A stretch of 64,000 nucleotides of DNA, taken from the IMG/VR virus record IMGVR_UViG_3300047388_000107, positions 15,811 to 79,810 of that record. One strand, given 5' to 3'. Position numbers and translations under genes: made by a program. Source of the DNA: a virus. Positions 53,581 through 62,251 of this stretch are shown one piece after another. How positions within the stretch are numbered: position 1 is the first letter of the stretch; every line of letters starts with the position of its first letter. Under the pieces are notes generated by a model that was given only the letters and a program-made list of their open reading frames with translations, did no database searches and was not told the DNA's origin.

Positions 53581-54513
53581 TCACAGCATCCCGACGCCGA
53601 GCTTGGCCAGGCCGCCGCCGAGGCCGAAGATGCCCGCGTTGGTCGCCGCCGCTGCCTGCGACTGGTTCTGGAAATTGCTCTGGATGTACTGCCCGATATT
53701 CGACGGCGCGACCGGCGAGCCCTGAAACGCCTGGAACTGCGGAACGGTGGCCTGCGAGCCCGACATCAGCGCGGTGATCTCGTTGATCGGCTGGCTGCGG
53801 GTCTGGTACGCCTCCTGCATCTGGGCGCCGCGCAGATTGTTCAAATACGAGTTGGCCGACTGCTGCATGTTGAAGCGCTGGGTGCCAACGTCGTTGTAGG
53901 CGGCTTGCGCCGCGCGGCTTTCACTTCCTGACGCCAGATAGGCTTGCCGCGCCGCCTCCGCCCGGCTGTCGTCGCGGGTCATCTGATACTGACTGTAGCC
54001 CTGGCTGCCGGGCGCCAGTCCCCGGTTGGCGAGACTGGTTTCCTGCGACTGCTCCTGCGGCGCGACGCTGCGGTTGTAGCTGTCCATCATCGCTTTTTCG
54101 ATGCCCGCACGATCCGTCGTGCCGGTATCCTGCCGCAGATCCTGTTGCGGCAGGCTGGTCTGCCACGGCGTCCACTGACTGGGATCGACCGGCTTGTTGA
54201 GCGCGTCGCGCAGATTGGCGGACTGCTCTACCGCCGTGGTGCCGAGGTTGTATTTGCCCTGTGTTTCTAGCCCGAGCAGCTTCTGCTGGTCCGGCGCCAG
54301 CGACGTAGTTTTTGTCCACTGCGGCGCGTAACCGGTGACCTGGCCGTTGGTGTAGATCGGGGTTTGCCCGGTCTGGTTGTAGCTGACCGAGCCGTAGGGA
54401 TTGACCTCGTTGGCGTTGCTGGAAGCACCGCTGAACTGGCTGGCAAACGAGTTCTGCGCGTTCTGGGCGCCAGCGGTGGCGTAGGGATCGGGGGCGTTGG
54501 GCTGCGAGACCAT
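53581..54513 (-). CDS. DNA transfer/ejection protein
   Basis: P.APDP..TA.AQ...N...PYGS; L.N.G...GS..Y; R.QPINE..AL. Confidence 0.75.
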   Translation of the reverse strand: MVSQPNAPDPYATAGAQNAQNSFASQFSGASSNANEVNPYGSVSYNQTGQTPIYTNGQVTGYAPQWTKTTSLAPDQQKLLGLETQGKYNLGTTAVEQSANLRDALNKPVDPSQWTPWQTSLPQQDLRQDTGTTDRAGIEKAMMDSYNRSVAPQEQSQETSLANRGLAPGSQGYSQYQMTRDDSRAEAARQAYLASGSESRAAQAAYNDVGTQRFNMQQSANSYLNNLRGAQMQEAYQTRSQPINEITALMSGSQATVPQFQAFQGSPVAPSNIGQYIQSNFQNQSQAAAATNAGIFGLGGGLAKLGVGML

Positions 54514-55007
54514 CAGTGCACTCCCTCATAAACATAGCTGGGGAGAACCGGTACGGTGCGCGGCGTCACGTCCGCGTCATAGCCTGGCAGGTAGCGGCAT
54601 TCTTCTTTCAGCATGCCGTACACAAGGGTGTCCCGGATACCTTCGAGCCCGAGCGGATGATGACCTTCGAACTGAAAGCCGAGCCGCTGCACCTGCCGCA
54701 ACGCGCGATGGTTATCCGGCTCGACCTCGGCGGTGAGCCGTTTGGCTTGGCTGAAAAGGGCGGTGAAAATCGCTCGCAGTGCCCGGCGTGAGAGACAGCG
54801 CGGATCGAGTACCAAAACCGTAATCTTGCCTTCGAACCACGTCTGAAATTCGACGGCAAGAACGCCGGTGATATAGCCTCTTTCGTTGCGGCTCCACGCC
54901 GAGAACCACCGCGGAGCCTTGAAACTACAGTGCGAAAAATCCACGTGCAAGTGCTGCGTCAGCATCGCCTGCGCATCGGAAGGAAGATCGCCGAACAATA
55001 CTTTCAC
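54513..55007 (-). CDS. GNAT acetyltransferase (virion cluster)
   Basis: N.RA.....RLGF..EG...D...YGMLKEEC. Confidence 0.8.
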   Translation of the reverse strand: MKVLFGDLPSDAQAMLTQHLHVDFSHCSFKAPRWFSAWSRNERGYITGVLAVEFQTWFEGKITVLVLDPRCLSRRALRAIFTALFSQAKRLTAEVEPDNHRALRQVQRLGFQFEGHHPLGLEGIRDTLVYGMLKEECRYLPGYDADVTPRTVPVLPSYVYEGVH

Positions 55008-55008
55008 G

Positions 55009-55206
55009 TCATGACCCTGCTCTGTTGTCGGCCTGAATTGAATAGACAACCTGATCGTTGCCCTCCTGGACGGCGACATCCGGAACACCGGTGGTCAGCA
55101 CGATGACCGAATTGGTCGGGTTGGCGGACGTGGCGTAGACCCGCTCGATGTGGAGCGGGTTGAGATAAACCAGACCGCCACCGGTCAGCAGATGCACCTT
55201 GATCAC
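55009..55206 (-). CDS. FlbD/SwrD-like small protein
   Basis: MIKV..L.G...YLN...IE.V......I.LT.G....V.E..D.V. Confidence 0.6.
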   Translation of the reverse strand: MIKVHLLTGGGLVYLNPLHIERVYATSANPTNSVIVLTTGVPDVAVQEGNDQVVYSIQADNRAGS

Positions 55207-56861
55207 ATCAGGCCTCCCTCCTCGTAGATCACGTCAGCGCCAGTCAGCGCGAACGTGGTGCCCTTGAGGCTGGCTCTGATACGCGGCGCCCCGACCCGCC
55301 CGAGACCGACGACGCCCTGCCAGGTCTGCCGGGGCGCCGCATCGATCGCCCAGGACGCGGTGTCCCAACTGCTCGTGTTCCAAGTCGCCGCTACGCCTGC
55401 GACCGCCGTCGCGGGCATGTTGGTCGGCGGCAAGTTCTCGTAATCCACTTCGATATCGATGAACGGCGTCGGCACGCTATCCGACACCATGTAGAGCCGC
55501 ACCAGCTTGAACTGCTTCTTGTTGACGCTCTTGAAGCTCGACCAGGCGAACCGGACATCGACGTTGATGGCGGTGCCGTTGTCGTCGAGGTACTCGCGGC
55601 CGGTCTGGTAAATCTTGCCGGTCTCGGTGCTGAAATAGGCGTGGTTGCCGAGCCAGGCCCAGCACCGCGCCGGGATGTCGCTCCATTTCGACCAGATCGC
55701 GTTCGGCATGAACCGCACCAGCTGCTGATAGGTGCCGCTGCCGGTCGGCATGTTGCAGATCGCGTGATTGGTCTGGCTGTTGATGATGACGCTCCAGCCG
55801 TAGGCGTCGCGGAACGTCTTCGAGACGTCGATGAACTCCTGCATGATGTTCTGGTCGGACGTGCCGAGATTGTCCTCTTCGGCTTTCAGCAGCGTGGACA
55901 TCGGCACCAGACCGGTCGAAATCAGAACGTACAGCTCGCCGCCGTAATTGACGGTGCAGCCCGCCCCCATCGGACTATCAAACCGGTAGACGCCGACCAG
56001 CTTGAAATCGGTGGTGGGATCGCTGCCGGAATAGATCGCGGCTTCGCCATTCGAGGTGAAGATCACCAGCATGTTCTGCATCCCGGCACCGCCGTCCAAG
56101 GTCCACGTCATCAGCGACCGGATGGTGCCGCCGCGGCGGAAATACGCATTGAGCGGCAGGATGTTTAAGGAAATGCTGCCGCTGACTTCCTGCAGCCCGC
56201 CGTAATACACCGCGAGCGTCTGGCTGTCGGCGAACCACAGCCGGTTCATGTGCGCCAGCACCTTGTCAAAGATGCTGAAGTTGATGGCGCGAAGCTCGGG
56301 ACTTCGACCTTGCGCGAGCAGAACTTCGACCTGATGGAAACCGGCCGGGTCGGCTTCCCAGGTGTTGCTCCCGCTGGCTTCCCGGCTGCTCGGCAGCGAA
56401 CCGTTGCTGCCATCCCAGGCGATGATGCCGTCATGGCCGTTGACCATGACGGTAAACTTTGCATCCGATAGATTAGCGACCGAGGTCCACTGCCACTGAT
56501 CGCCGCCATAGACCCGGGTGCCGATCCGGGTGCCAGTGGCGTTGAACAGCCCATCGCCCGCGCCGACGATGAACTTCTGACCGGTGCCGTAGAACGGGAT
56601 CATCGAGGAGATCACCCGGCCGTCGGCAATGGCACCGACCTGGACATAGCCCGGCCGCAGCGAAATCCGGTCCTGCTCGACAATCCAATTCGTAAGAATG
56701 GACGCCAGCAGCGGGTCCGCCTCGTTGAGCTGGGCATAGCGGCTGAGACCCTTCAGCGGCACGCTGACATGCGTCACGTGACTGCTCGACCGCCGCTTGC
56801 TGCGGGTCATGGTGCCGTGCCGGTCTTTTATCTTCAGAAACTCGGTCGGCATCATTCGCAT
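55203..56861 (-). CDS. Tail nozzle/DNA stabilisation protein (beta-propeller)
   Basis: P..G, R.GY, H..RLWF, F.RGG.....TWT.D.G.G, GE..IY.G.DP. Confidence 0.82.
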   Translation of the reverse strand: MRMMPTEFLKIKDRHGTMTRSKRRSSSHVTHVSVPLKGLSRYAQLNEADPLLASILTNWIVEQDRISLRPGYVQVGAIADGRVISSMIPFYGTGQKFIVGAGDGLFNATGTRIGTRVYGGDQWQWTSVANLSDAKFTVMVNGHDGIIAWDGSNGSLPSSREASGSNTWEADPAGFHQVEVLLAQGRSPELRAINFSIFDKVLAHMNRLWFADSQTLAVYYGGLQEVSGSISLNILPLNAYFRRGGTIRSLMTWTLDGGAGMQNMLVIFTSNGEAAIYSGSDPTTDFKLVGVYRFDSPMGAGCTVNYGGELYVLISTGLVPMSTLLKAEEDNLGTSDQNIMQEFIDVSKTFRDAYGWSVIINSQTNHAICNMPTGSGTYQQLVRFMPNAIWSKWSDIPARCWAWLGNHAYFSTETGKIYQTGREYLDDNGTAINVDVRFAWSSFKSVNKKQFKLVRLYMVSDSVPTPFIDIEVDYENLPPTNMPATAVAGVAATWNTSSWDTASWAIDAAPRQTWQGVVGLGRVGAPRIRASLKGTTFALTGADVIYEEGGLM

Positions 56862-57283
56862 TATTGCACGCGCCCCGGATCGACGTTGAGATCGATCACC
56901 GGCGCGTTGCGCGCGGCGAGCTTGTTGAGGCGGACAATGAAGTCGCGCTGCTCCTCGCCATATTCGAGCCCCTTGGCTTTCAGGAAACGGTATTTGAGCC
57001 CGTTGACCGCCAGCCGCGGGTCAAACAGCACGATGTCGGTGTCCTGGGTCGGCCGCGCTTTGCGCACCAGATTGCCCGCGTCGTACAGCCAGTTGCCGTC
57101 GCCCAGCGCATCGCGGTACGGCGGATCCAGCAGCAACTCATCCGCCACGTTCTGCATCAAAGCCGTCATCTGCGCGATATCCTGATCCTGGCTGCCGACC
57201 GCCTGCAGCACCGGAATTTGCGAGGTGCCCAACTCCAGCGAAACGTCGGACACCACTTGCAGGATGGTCGACAGCCGCGGCAT
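56861..57283 (-). CDS. Head-tail adaptor (short)
   Basis: T.LQ.V.....ELG...S.D....Q..AL; D.D...FD..L...GLK.RF..AKG.EY. Confidence 0.72.
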   Translation of the reverse strand: MPRLSTILQVVSDVSLELGTSQIPVLQAVGSQDQDIAQMTALMQNVADELLLDPPYRDALGDGNWLYDAGNLVRKARPTQDTDIVLFDPRLAVNGLKYRFLKAKGLEYGEEQRDFIVRLNKLAARNAPVIDLNVDPGRVQ

Positions 57284-57840
57284 CAGGCCACCGCTTTCAG
57301 TCTGAGCGTTTCAATCATGGTCTTCTGCGCCGCGATGGTGGCGGCGGCATCTCCAAGCTGCTCCTTCATCGCCTCGATCTGGCCTTGCAGATTGGTCACC
57401 AGCTCTTCGTACTGACCAGCCTTCGACTGCAGTTCGATCATCCGCACGGCGCGGTCGGCGATCTCGATGATGTCGGGCGGGATGGTCTTGACCGCCTCGG
57501 CACGGCGCCGCTTGCTGACCAGCTGCGCCAGCTGTTCGACGGTATGGATGTCGCGCACCGCGCACATCTGAAAGATGTGCGGCGGACAAGCGGGCCACAG
57601 CGCCAAGGGGTAGCCGACGATTTCTTTGCGGGCGTCACAGGTCTTTTGATACAGCTCATAAGGCCCGGGATGGTCGGTAATATCCGCTGCTTCGGCTTCC
57701 CGTTCCACCGAGAGATACGGCGGCCGGTCCAGCCGCACCCGAACGGTCTCGCGGTAGCACGGCAACCCATCGGGGCCGTTGCCGTCGCGCTGCCAGCCAG
57801 AGTAAAAACGCACCAGTGCCGGGGTATCGGTGTCAGACAT
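57283..57840 (-). CDS. Conserved post-capsid protein
   Basis: G.PL..WP.........I.TVEQLA; C-terminal coiled coil. Confidence 0.7.
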   Translation of the reverse strand: MSDTDTPALVRFYSGWQRDGNGPDGLPCYRETVRVRLDRPPYLSVEREAEAADITDHPGPYELYQKTCDARKEIVGYPLALWPACPPHIFQMCAVRDIHTVEQLAQLVSKRRRAEAVKTIPPDIIEIADRAVRMIELQSKAGQYEELVTNLQGQIEAMKEQLGDAAATIAAQKTMIETLRLKAVA

Positions 57841-57912
57841 CTTGACTCCATTAGGGAGCTACGGGAAAACGGCGGCCGTGCTCCCCGCAAACCGGCCGCC
57901 GTTATACCGGGC

Positions 57913-58866
57913 TCAAGTTCCGGTTGCGGTGAGCCTGCCCTGCATCGCACGGTTGGACAGCGTCAGCGCGCCCATGAAGGCGAGATGACGGGTCACGGCA
58001 TCCATATCCGGCGATTGATCGGGCAAATCGAGGCTTTCGAAATTCCGGCCCGAATAGATCTCGAACTTCATGTATTTGGTGTTGAGGTAGTAAGCGCCGG
58101 TCAGGCCGGTGGCGACACCATCGAACACCAGCGGCGCGGTCTTGTATTTCAGCGTCTCGAAACCGAGCGCCCCGAGCTTGGCGTCGGCGTAACGCTGGTT
58201 CTCCTGCAAGCCGCTCTCATAGGTGGAATAGATTTCACCGTCGGCGACGATCAAGTCAGGTTTCTCGGCGCCGCGGATCAGCTTCATCCAGAGCGCAGCC
58301 ATGCCCGCCTTCAACGCCGGATACTGCAGCCCGGTGGCGCGGGCGACGCTCTGAAACTGGTTCTTCCAGAATGTCCAGGTTGAGGCGTCAATGCCGCCGA
58401 CGATGCCGAGGCCGTCCACCGTGACGAACGCCTTGAGGCCCGCGAAGGATTTCGCCACCGTGCCGTCGCCGTAGACCGCCTTGGTGATGTTGTTCTTCAT
58501 GGTGGCCTGGGCGTTCTCGAGCTTGCCCTCCAGCAAATTGAGGATGCGCTCCTTGGAACGGTTCTTGGCCAGATCGGCACCCGCCAGCGTCACCGAGGCG
58601 ACGGCGTTGGCCGGGGAGTAGGTCGCCTCGGAAATCGTATCCTTGGTGGCGCGGGACAGCATGTCGGTCCCGGCGTACCAAAGAAAGGTTTCTTCGGCGT
58701 AGATCAGCGGACAGCCGATCGCACGGCCGCCTTCGATGACGCGAACGCGGTTGCCTTCCCGCAACAGCGCGGTGACGGCGTTACTGTTGGAAACATTGTC
58801 GGCAAACTGCTTGTGATAATTCTCGATGGTGGTGGCGACGAGCATGCTGACTGTCGGGTCGGCCAT
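57913..58866 (-). CDS. Major capsid protein (right module)
   Basis: TT........ADNV..SN..L..L, GG..I, Y.G.D, GGID...W.FW.N, Y.LNT.Y, G.LT.SN...QG. Confidence 0.9.
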   Translation of the reverse strand: MADPTVSMLVATTIENYHKQFADNVSNSNAVTALLREGNRVRVIEGGRAIGCPLIYAEETFLWYAGTDMLSRATKDTISEATYSPANAVASVTLAGADLAKNRSKERILNLLEGKLENAQATMKNNITKAVYGDGTVAKSFAGLKAFVTVDGLGIVGGIDASTWTFWKNQFQSVARATGLQYPALKAGMAALWMKLIRGAEKPDLIVADGEIYSTYESGLQENQRYADAKLGALGFETLKYKTAPLVFDGVATGLTGAYYLNTKYMKFEIYSGRNFESLDLPDQSPDMDAVTRHLAFMGALTLSNRAMQGRLTATGT

Positions 58867-58883
58867 ATGGCGCTCCTATAAGG

Positions 58884-60080
58884 TTAATACCCGATCTGCT
58901 CGGCCGCCTGCTCAATGGTGTCCCGCAACGATCCCCGCGAAGGCCCGTTAACGCCAGGCGGCTTGACCGCAGGGCTGGTAAGCCCCCGGGCGTTGCCGCG
59001 CTGCGCGATCTTGGCTTTCTCGACGTCCTGCCGCGATTGCTGGCGATACTGTTCGGCTGCCAGTAATTGCTTCCGGACCTCAGGATGAGACCAGCACGCC
59101 GCGTCGTAGGCTTCGGCGAGGCTGCGCTGCGGATTGGCCTTGAAAAGGTCGAGCAGGATCGGCAGCACGGCGTTGAAGTGCGGCCGCAACGGGGTGCCGT
59201 CGGCCGCTTTCTCGTCCGCGAACTGATCGATGTTCGCCCTCGCATGGGCTTCCCCGGCTTGCGCGCGGGCCTGGTTTTCCTGGGCCCAGCGCTGTTGCAT
59301 CTCATTCTTGAGCGCGTTCAGTTCACCCGTGGTCTGACCGAGACGATCCGCGAAGAATTTGACCGCCGGGTCCTTCAGTTCTGCTTCCGACAGACCTTCC
59401 GGCAACGGCGATTTGTTGAGGGCGGAGAAGATGCGCGCTGGGTCCAGCCCCATCCGCTCGGTCAGGTCTACCAGCAGGTTGAACCGGTCCTGCAGGTTCG
59501 GGGAGGTGGCCCGGACGTGAAAGCCCGCCCATTCCTGGACCGCTTGCGTCGGGTTGAGGCCCGCCTGCTGCAACGACGACTGGATCCGCCGATCGGTAAA
59601 CACTGGCGCGAGCGACTGCGTAAACTGGACTGCTCCCGCACTCGCCTGAGACTTGCGCGTGAACTCGGCTTCCATTTCGCCGTGCCGCCTGAGAAGGAAG
59701 GCCTGTCCTTCTGCAGGAAGTTTGGCGAAGACCGCCTTGTCTTCGGCGCTCCAGTGCTCGGGGACCTGATTGCTTCTCGGCGCTTGCGCGGCGGCTGGAT
59801 CAGGGACTGTCGCACGGGTCTCGGAAACGGTTGGCTTCAGGGCTGGATCGGCAACGGGGGGTTGCGCGATTGCTTCGCCTGGCTGGGCCGATTTCGCAAC
59901 CCAACGGCCGCTTTTATCGCGCGGTCTGTCGTCCGACGCAAGGGGCTCGGCGAGCTCCGAGGGTTCGGAGAGCTCCGGAGCCACCTCTTCCGCGCCGCGC
60001 TCCAGATCGTCATAAGCCTGTTCGGCGATCTCTCTCAGGCTCGGTTGGGACGGACCGGCACCGTTGTTGGTATCTGACAT
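58884..60080 (-). CDS. Capsid scaffolding protein
   Basis: SLRE....A, R...GR, P..W......F..LP...Q.....R..E, L..AY..A, SLR..I. Confidence 0.8.
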   Translation of the reverse strand: MSDTNNGAGPSQPSLREIAEQAYDDLERGAEEVAPELSEPSELAEPLASDDRPRDKSGRWVAKSAQPGEAIAQPPVADPALKPTVSETRATVPDPAAAQAPRSNQVPEHWSAEDKAVFAKLPAEGQAFLLRRHGEMEAEFTRKSQASAGAVQFTQSLAPVFTDRRIQSSLQQAGLNPTQAVQEWAGFHVRATSPNLQDRFNLLVDLTERMGLDPARIFSALNKSPLPEGLSEAELKDPAVKFFADRLGQTTGELNALKNEMQQRWAQENQARAQAGEAHARANIDQFADEKAADGTPLRPHFNAVLPILLDLFKANPQRSLAEAYDAACWSHPEVRKQLLAAEQYRQQSRQDVEKAKIAQRGNARGLTSPAVKPPGVNGPSRGSLRDTIEQAAEQIGY

Positions 60081-60312
60081 CTCTGGCTTTCTTGAAAGCT
60101 GCGGGAGTATCCCGGGGATCGTAGCTATCGGAATGGTGGAGATCGCGCTCGCGCTGGCGGCTGGACGAAATCACGGCGTCGTCGATCGGGCTCGGATAGC
60201 TCTCGAACGACTGCACGGCCGGAGCAGGCAGCTCCGAAACGGCGTGTTGCGGCCTGGCCGGGCGGTAGCGTTTTTCGATCAGTCGTCCATCATAGAATAC
60301 GTAAGTCGGCAT
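60010..60312 (-). CDS. Conserved small head-cluster protein
   Basis: AP.V.....Y.SP.D...I.S..Q..... Confidence 0.65.
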   Translation of the reverse strand: MPTYVFYDGRLIEKRYRPARPQHAVSELPAPAVQSFESYPSPIDDAVISSSRQRERDLHHSDSYDPRDTPAAFKKARDVRYQQRCRSVPTEPERDRRTGL

Positions 60313-60318
60313 GACCCT

Positions 60319-60594
60319 CTAATCCGGGTAATGATCCAGTATCGCTGCGGTGGCCCACATCAGAACCTCTTCGAGCTTGGTGAACGCCATCGCCATGCGG
60401 CGGTCACCCGGCCGCGAGCCCATCGTGCTGCCGGAAAGCTCGTGCAGGATCTGGCGAACGATGCCCTCGGCGTCCCGGAGCCGGGCCAACCGCGCCAGCA
60501 CCACCGGCTGCAGCAATTCGCCGGTCAAGGGATCGACGGGGACCCCCAGACCGGGAAGACGCATCTGTTCGTTGGGACGGAAACCGCCGCTCAT
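60319..60594 (-). CDS. Small helical protein
   Basis: R..A.A.TKLEE..MWA..AI motif seen in Acb2/Tad1-like helical phage proteins. Confidence 0.55.
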   Translation of the reverse strand: MSGGFRPNEQMRLPGLGVPVDPLTGELLQPVVLARLARLRDAEGIVRQILHELSGSTMGSRPGDRRMAMAFTKLEEVLMWATAAILDHYPD

Positions 60595-60600
60595 GATGCC

Positions 60601-61194
60601 TCACGTGTAGATGAAATTATCCGCCGCACCCGCGGCCGGGCTGACGCCTCTCGGCGTCGTCACCTGCACGTCGACGGTGCCGGTGGCATGCGCCGGAGCG
60701 GTCGCCGTGACCGTCGTCGCATTGACGACCGTGACGGCGGTTGCTGCGGTGCCGCCGAACGTCACCGCGGTGGCACCGGTCAGGTTCCACCCCGAGATGG
60801 TGACGGCGGTGCCGCCCGCCGCCAGACCGGTGTTCGGACTGACCCGCGTCACGACCGGCGGCGAGGTGGCGTCCGGGTAGGGCGCTTTCGGCGTGATGGT
60901 GCCGGTACGGCCGGTCTGGCCCGCATAGGCGCCATAGTCGATGCCGATATCGACGCCCGGCGTAAGCGGCGGCACCATCGCCGCCCCTTTGGCGGTCTGG
61001 GTGCGGATCGGGTAGGGCGTCACCGTGCCAGTTCGCGTCACCACCGCTTCGCTGCGGGCCGAGATGTCGACGTCGTTGCCGGTGACGCCCATCGACCAGT
61101 CGCCTGGCGTACCATAGCGCGGCCGGTCGATGTTCGGGTCAGCAGGCGCCAACATCGCCACCGTGATCGGCAGCGGATAGCGCACCATGGTCAT
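60601..61194 (-). CDS. IPT/TIG (Ig-like) domain protein
   Basis: P.VT.VSP..G...GGT.VTI.G.N..GAT.V.FG...G.VDV.VTT..G.S....F.Y. Confidence 0.85.
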   Translation of the reverse strand: MTMVRYPLPITVAMLAPADPNIDRPRYGTPGDWSMGVTGNDVDISARSEAVVTRTGTVTPYPIRTQTAKGAAMVPPLTPGVDIGIDYGAYAGQTGRTGTITPKAPYPDATSPPVVTRVSPNTGLAAGGTAVTISGWNLTGATAVTFGGTAATAVTVVNATTVTATAPAHATGTVDVQVTTPRGVSPAAGAADNFIYT

Positions 61195-61706
61195 CGGCGT
61201 CGCCCAGCGGGTGCGGCAGGTGCCACCGACGGCGTCGGGTGGGTATCGGGCGGCGTGACGATGCCGACGATGATCCAGCCGGTCTCCTGGGTCCAGCCCG
61301 TCTTCCACTCGATCGGACTCGGCGAACCGCCGCCCTCCGGGGGCGGAATATCCGGCGGCAGATCCGGCGGCAGCACGATCGGATGCTCCGGTTTCGGCTG
61401 CGGCGCCGGGCCGCCGATGTCCGGATACAGCGGCGGTCCGCCCCAGATCCCGAGCGGCGGCTGCGAACCTTCCGGCGGGAAATAGATCGGGTGGGTCGGC
61501 TGCGGCGGCTGGCCGCCACCCGGCTGCGGCGGCTGCGGACCGGCGATCGGGTGGCTCGGCCACGGGCCTCCGGCGATCGGGTGCGCCGGATAGACCGGGG
61601 GCTGGCCGCCGGGACCTCCGGGACCTCCGGGACCTCCGGGGCTGCCGGGACCGCCGGGGCCGCCGATGTTGCCGATCGGGGTAATCATCGCCAGAAATGG
61701 TTGCAT
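61191..61706 (-). CDS. Pro/Gly/His-rich HPI-repeat protein
   Basis: (GGP)n, four PxHPI, IWGG, WKTGWTQETGW; AGGAG RBS. Confidence 0.75.
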   Translation of the reverse strand: MQPFLAMITPIGNIGGPGGPGSPGGPGGPGGPGGQPPVYPAHPIAGGPWPSHPIAGPQPPQPGGGQPPQPTHPIYFPPEGSQPPLGIWGGPPLYPDIGGPAPQPKPEHPIVLPPDLPPDIPPPEGGGSPSPIEWKTGWTQETGWIIVGIVTPPDTHPTPSVAPAAPAGRRR

Positions 61707-61738
61707 GTCGCAAGCTCCTGTGGGGTTCGGGTTTAACA

Positions 61739-62230
61739 TTATCGGACCGGAGGTCTGCTGGGCGGCGGCGGCGGAGGCGGCGGGGGCGCAGGCCGGTTGG
61801 CGGCGACGCCCGTGCGAACGTTGGGATCGCCGGGCTTGAGGACGGATTTGTCGGTGACGCCCTTGATGCCTTGGCCCTGGGTGACGGTCTCGACCGGCGG
61901 CGGCGGATCACCATCCGGGTAAGGGGTCCGGGGACCGATGCCCAGCTCCTCGATGGTCACAGCCGGGCCTGGCGAGAGTTCGGCAGGCGAGGCCGGTCCG
62001 ACACCCGGGACAGCACCAGCCTGATCGCTCTCCTGCGCCGTCATCAGGTCTTCCGGCGGGATGTTGAAGCTCTCGGCCGCGGAGCGCTGAACGGGGGGCC
62101 GCTCGGGGGAGAGGGTCCTGTTGGCCGGGTGATCGGGATCCTGGTTCGGGTTGTCATGGGATCGCTGCGGCGTGGCGGGACGCGGGGGTGAGGCCGGGGG
62201 CGTGTGGGGCGGGGTTCGGGGGTCGGTCAT
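61739..62230 (-). CDS. Pro-rich hypothetical protein
   Basis: RBS; TIEELGIG.R.PYP.G core. Confidence 0.6.
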   Translation of the reverse strand: MTDPRTPPHTPPASPPRPATPQRSHDNPNQDPDHPANRTLSPERPPVQRSAAESFNIPPEDLMTAQESDQAGAVPGVGPASPAELSPGPAVTIEELGIGPRTPYPDGDPPPPVETVTQGQGIKGVTDKSVLKPGDPNVRTGVAANRPAPPPPPPPPPSRPPVR

Positions 62231-62251
62231 CGGGGCTTCCCTTTCGGTTTG

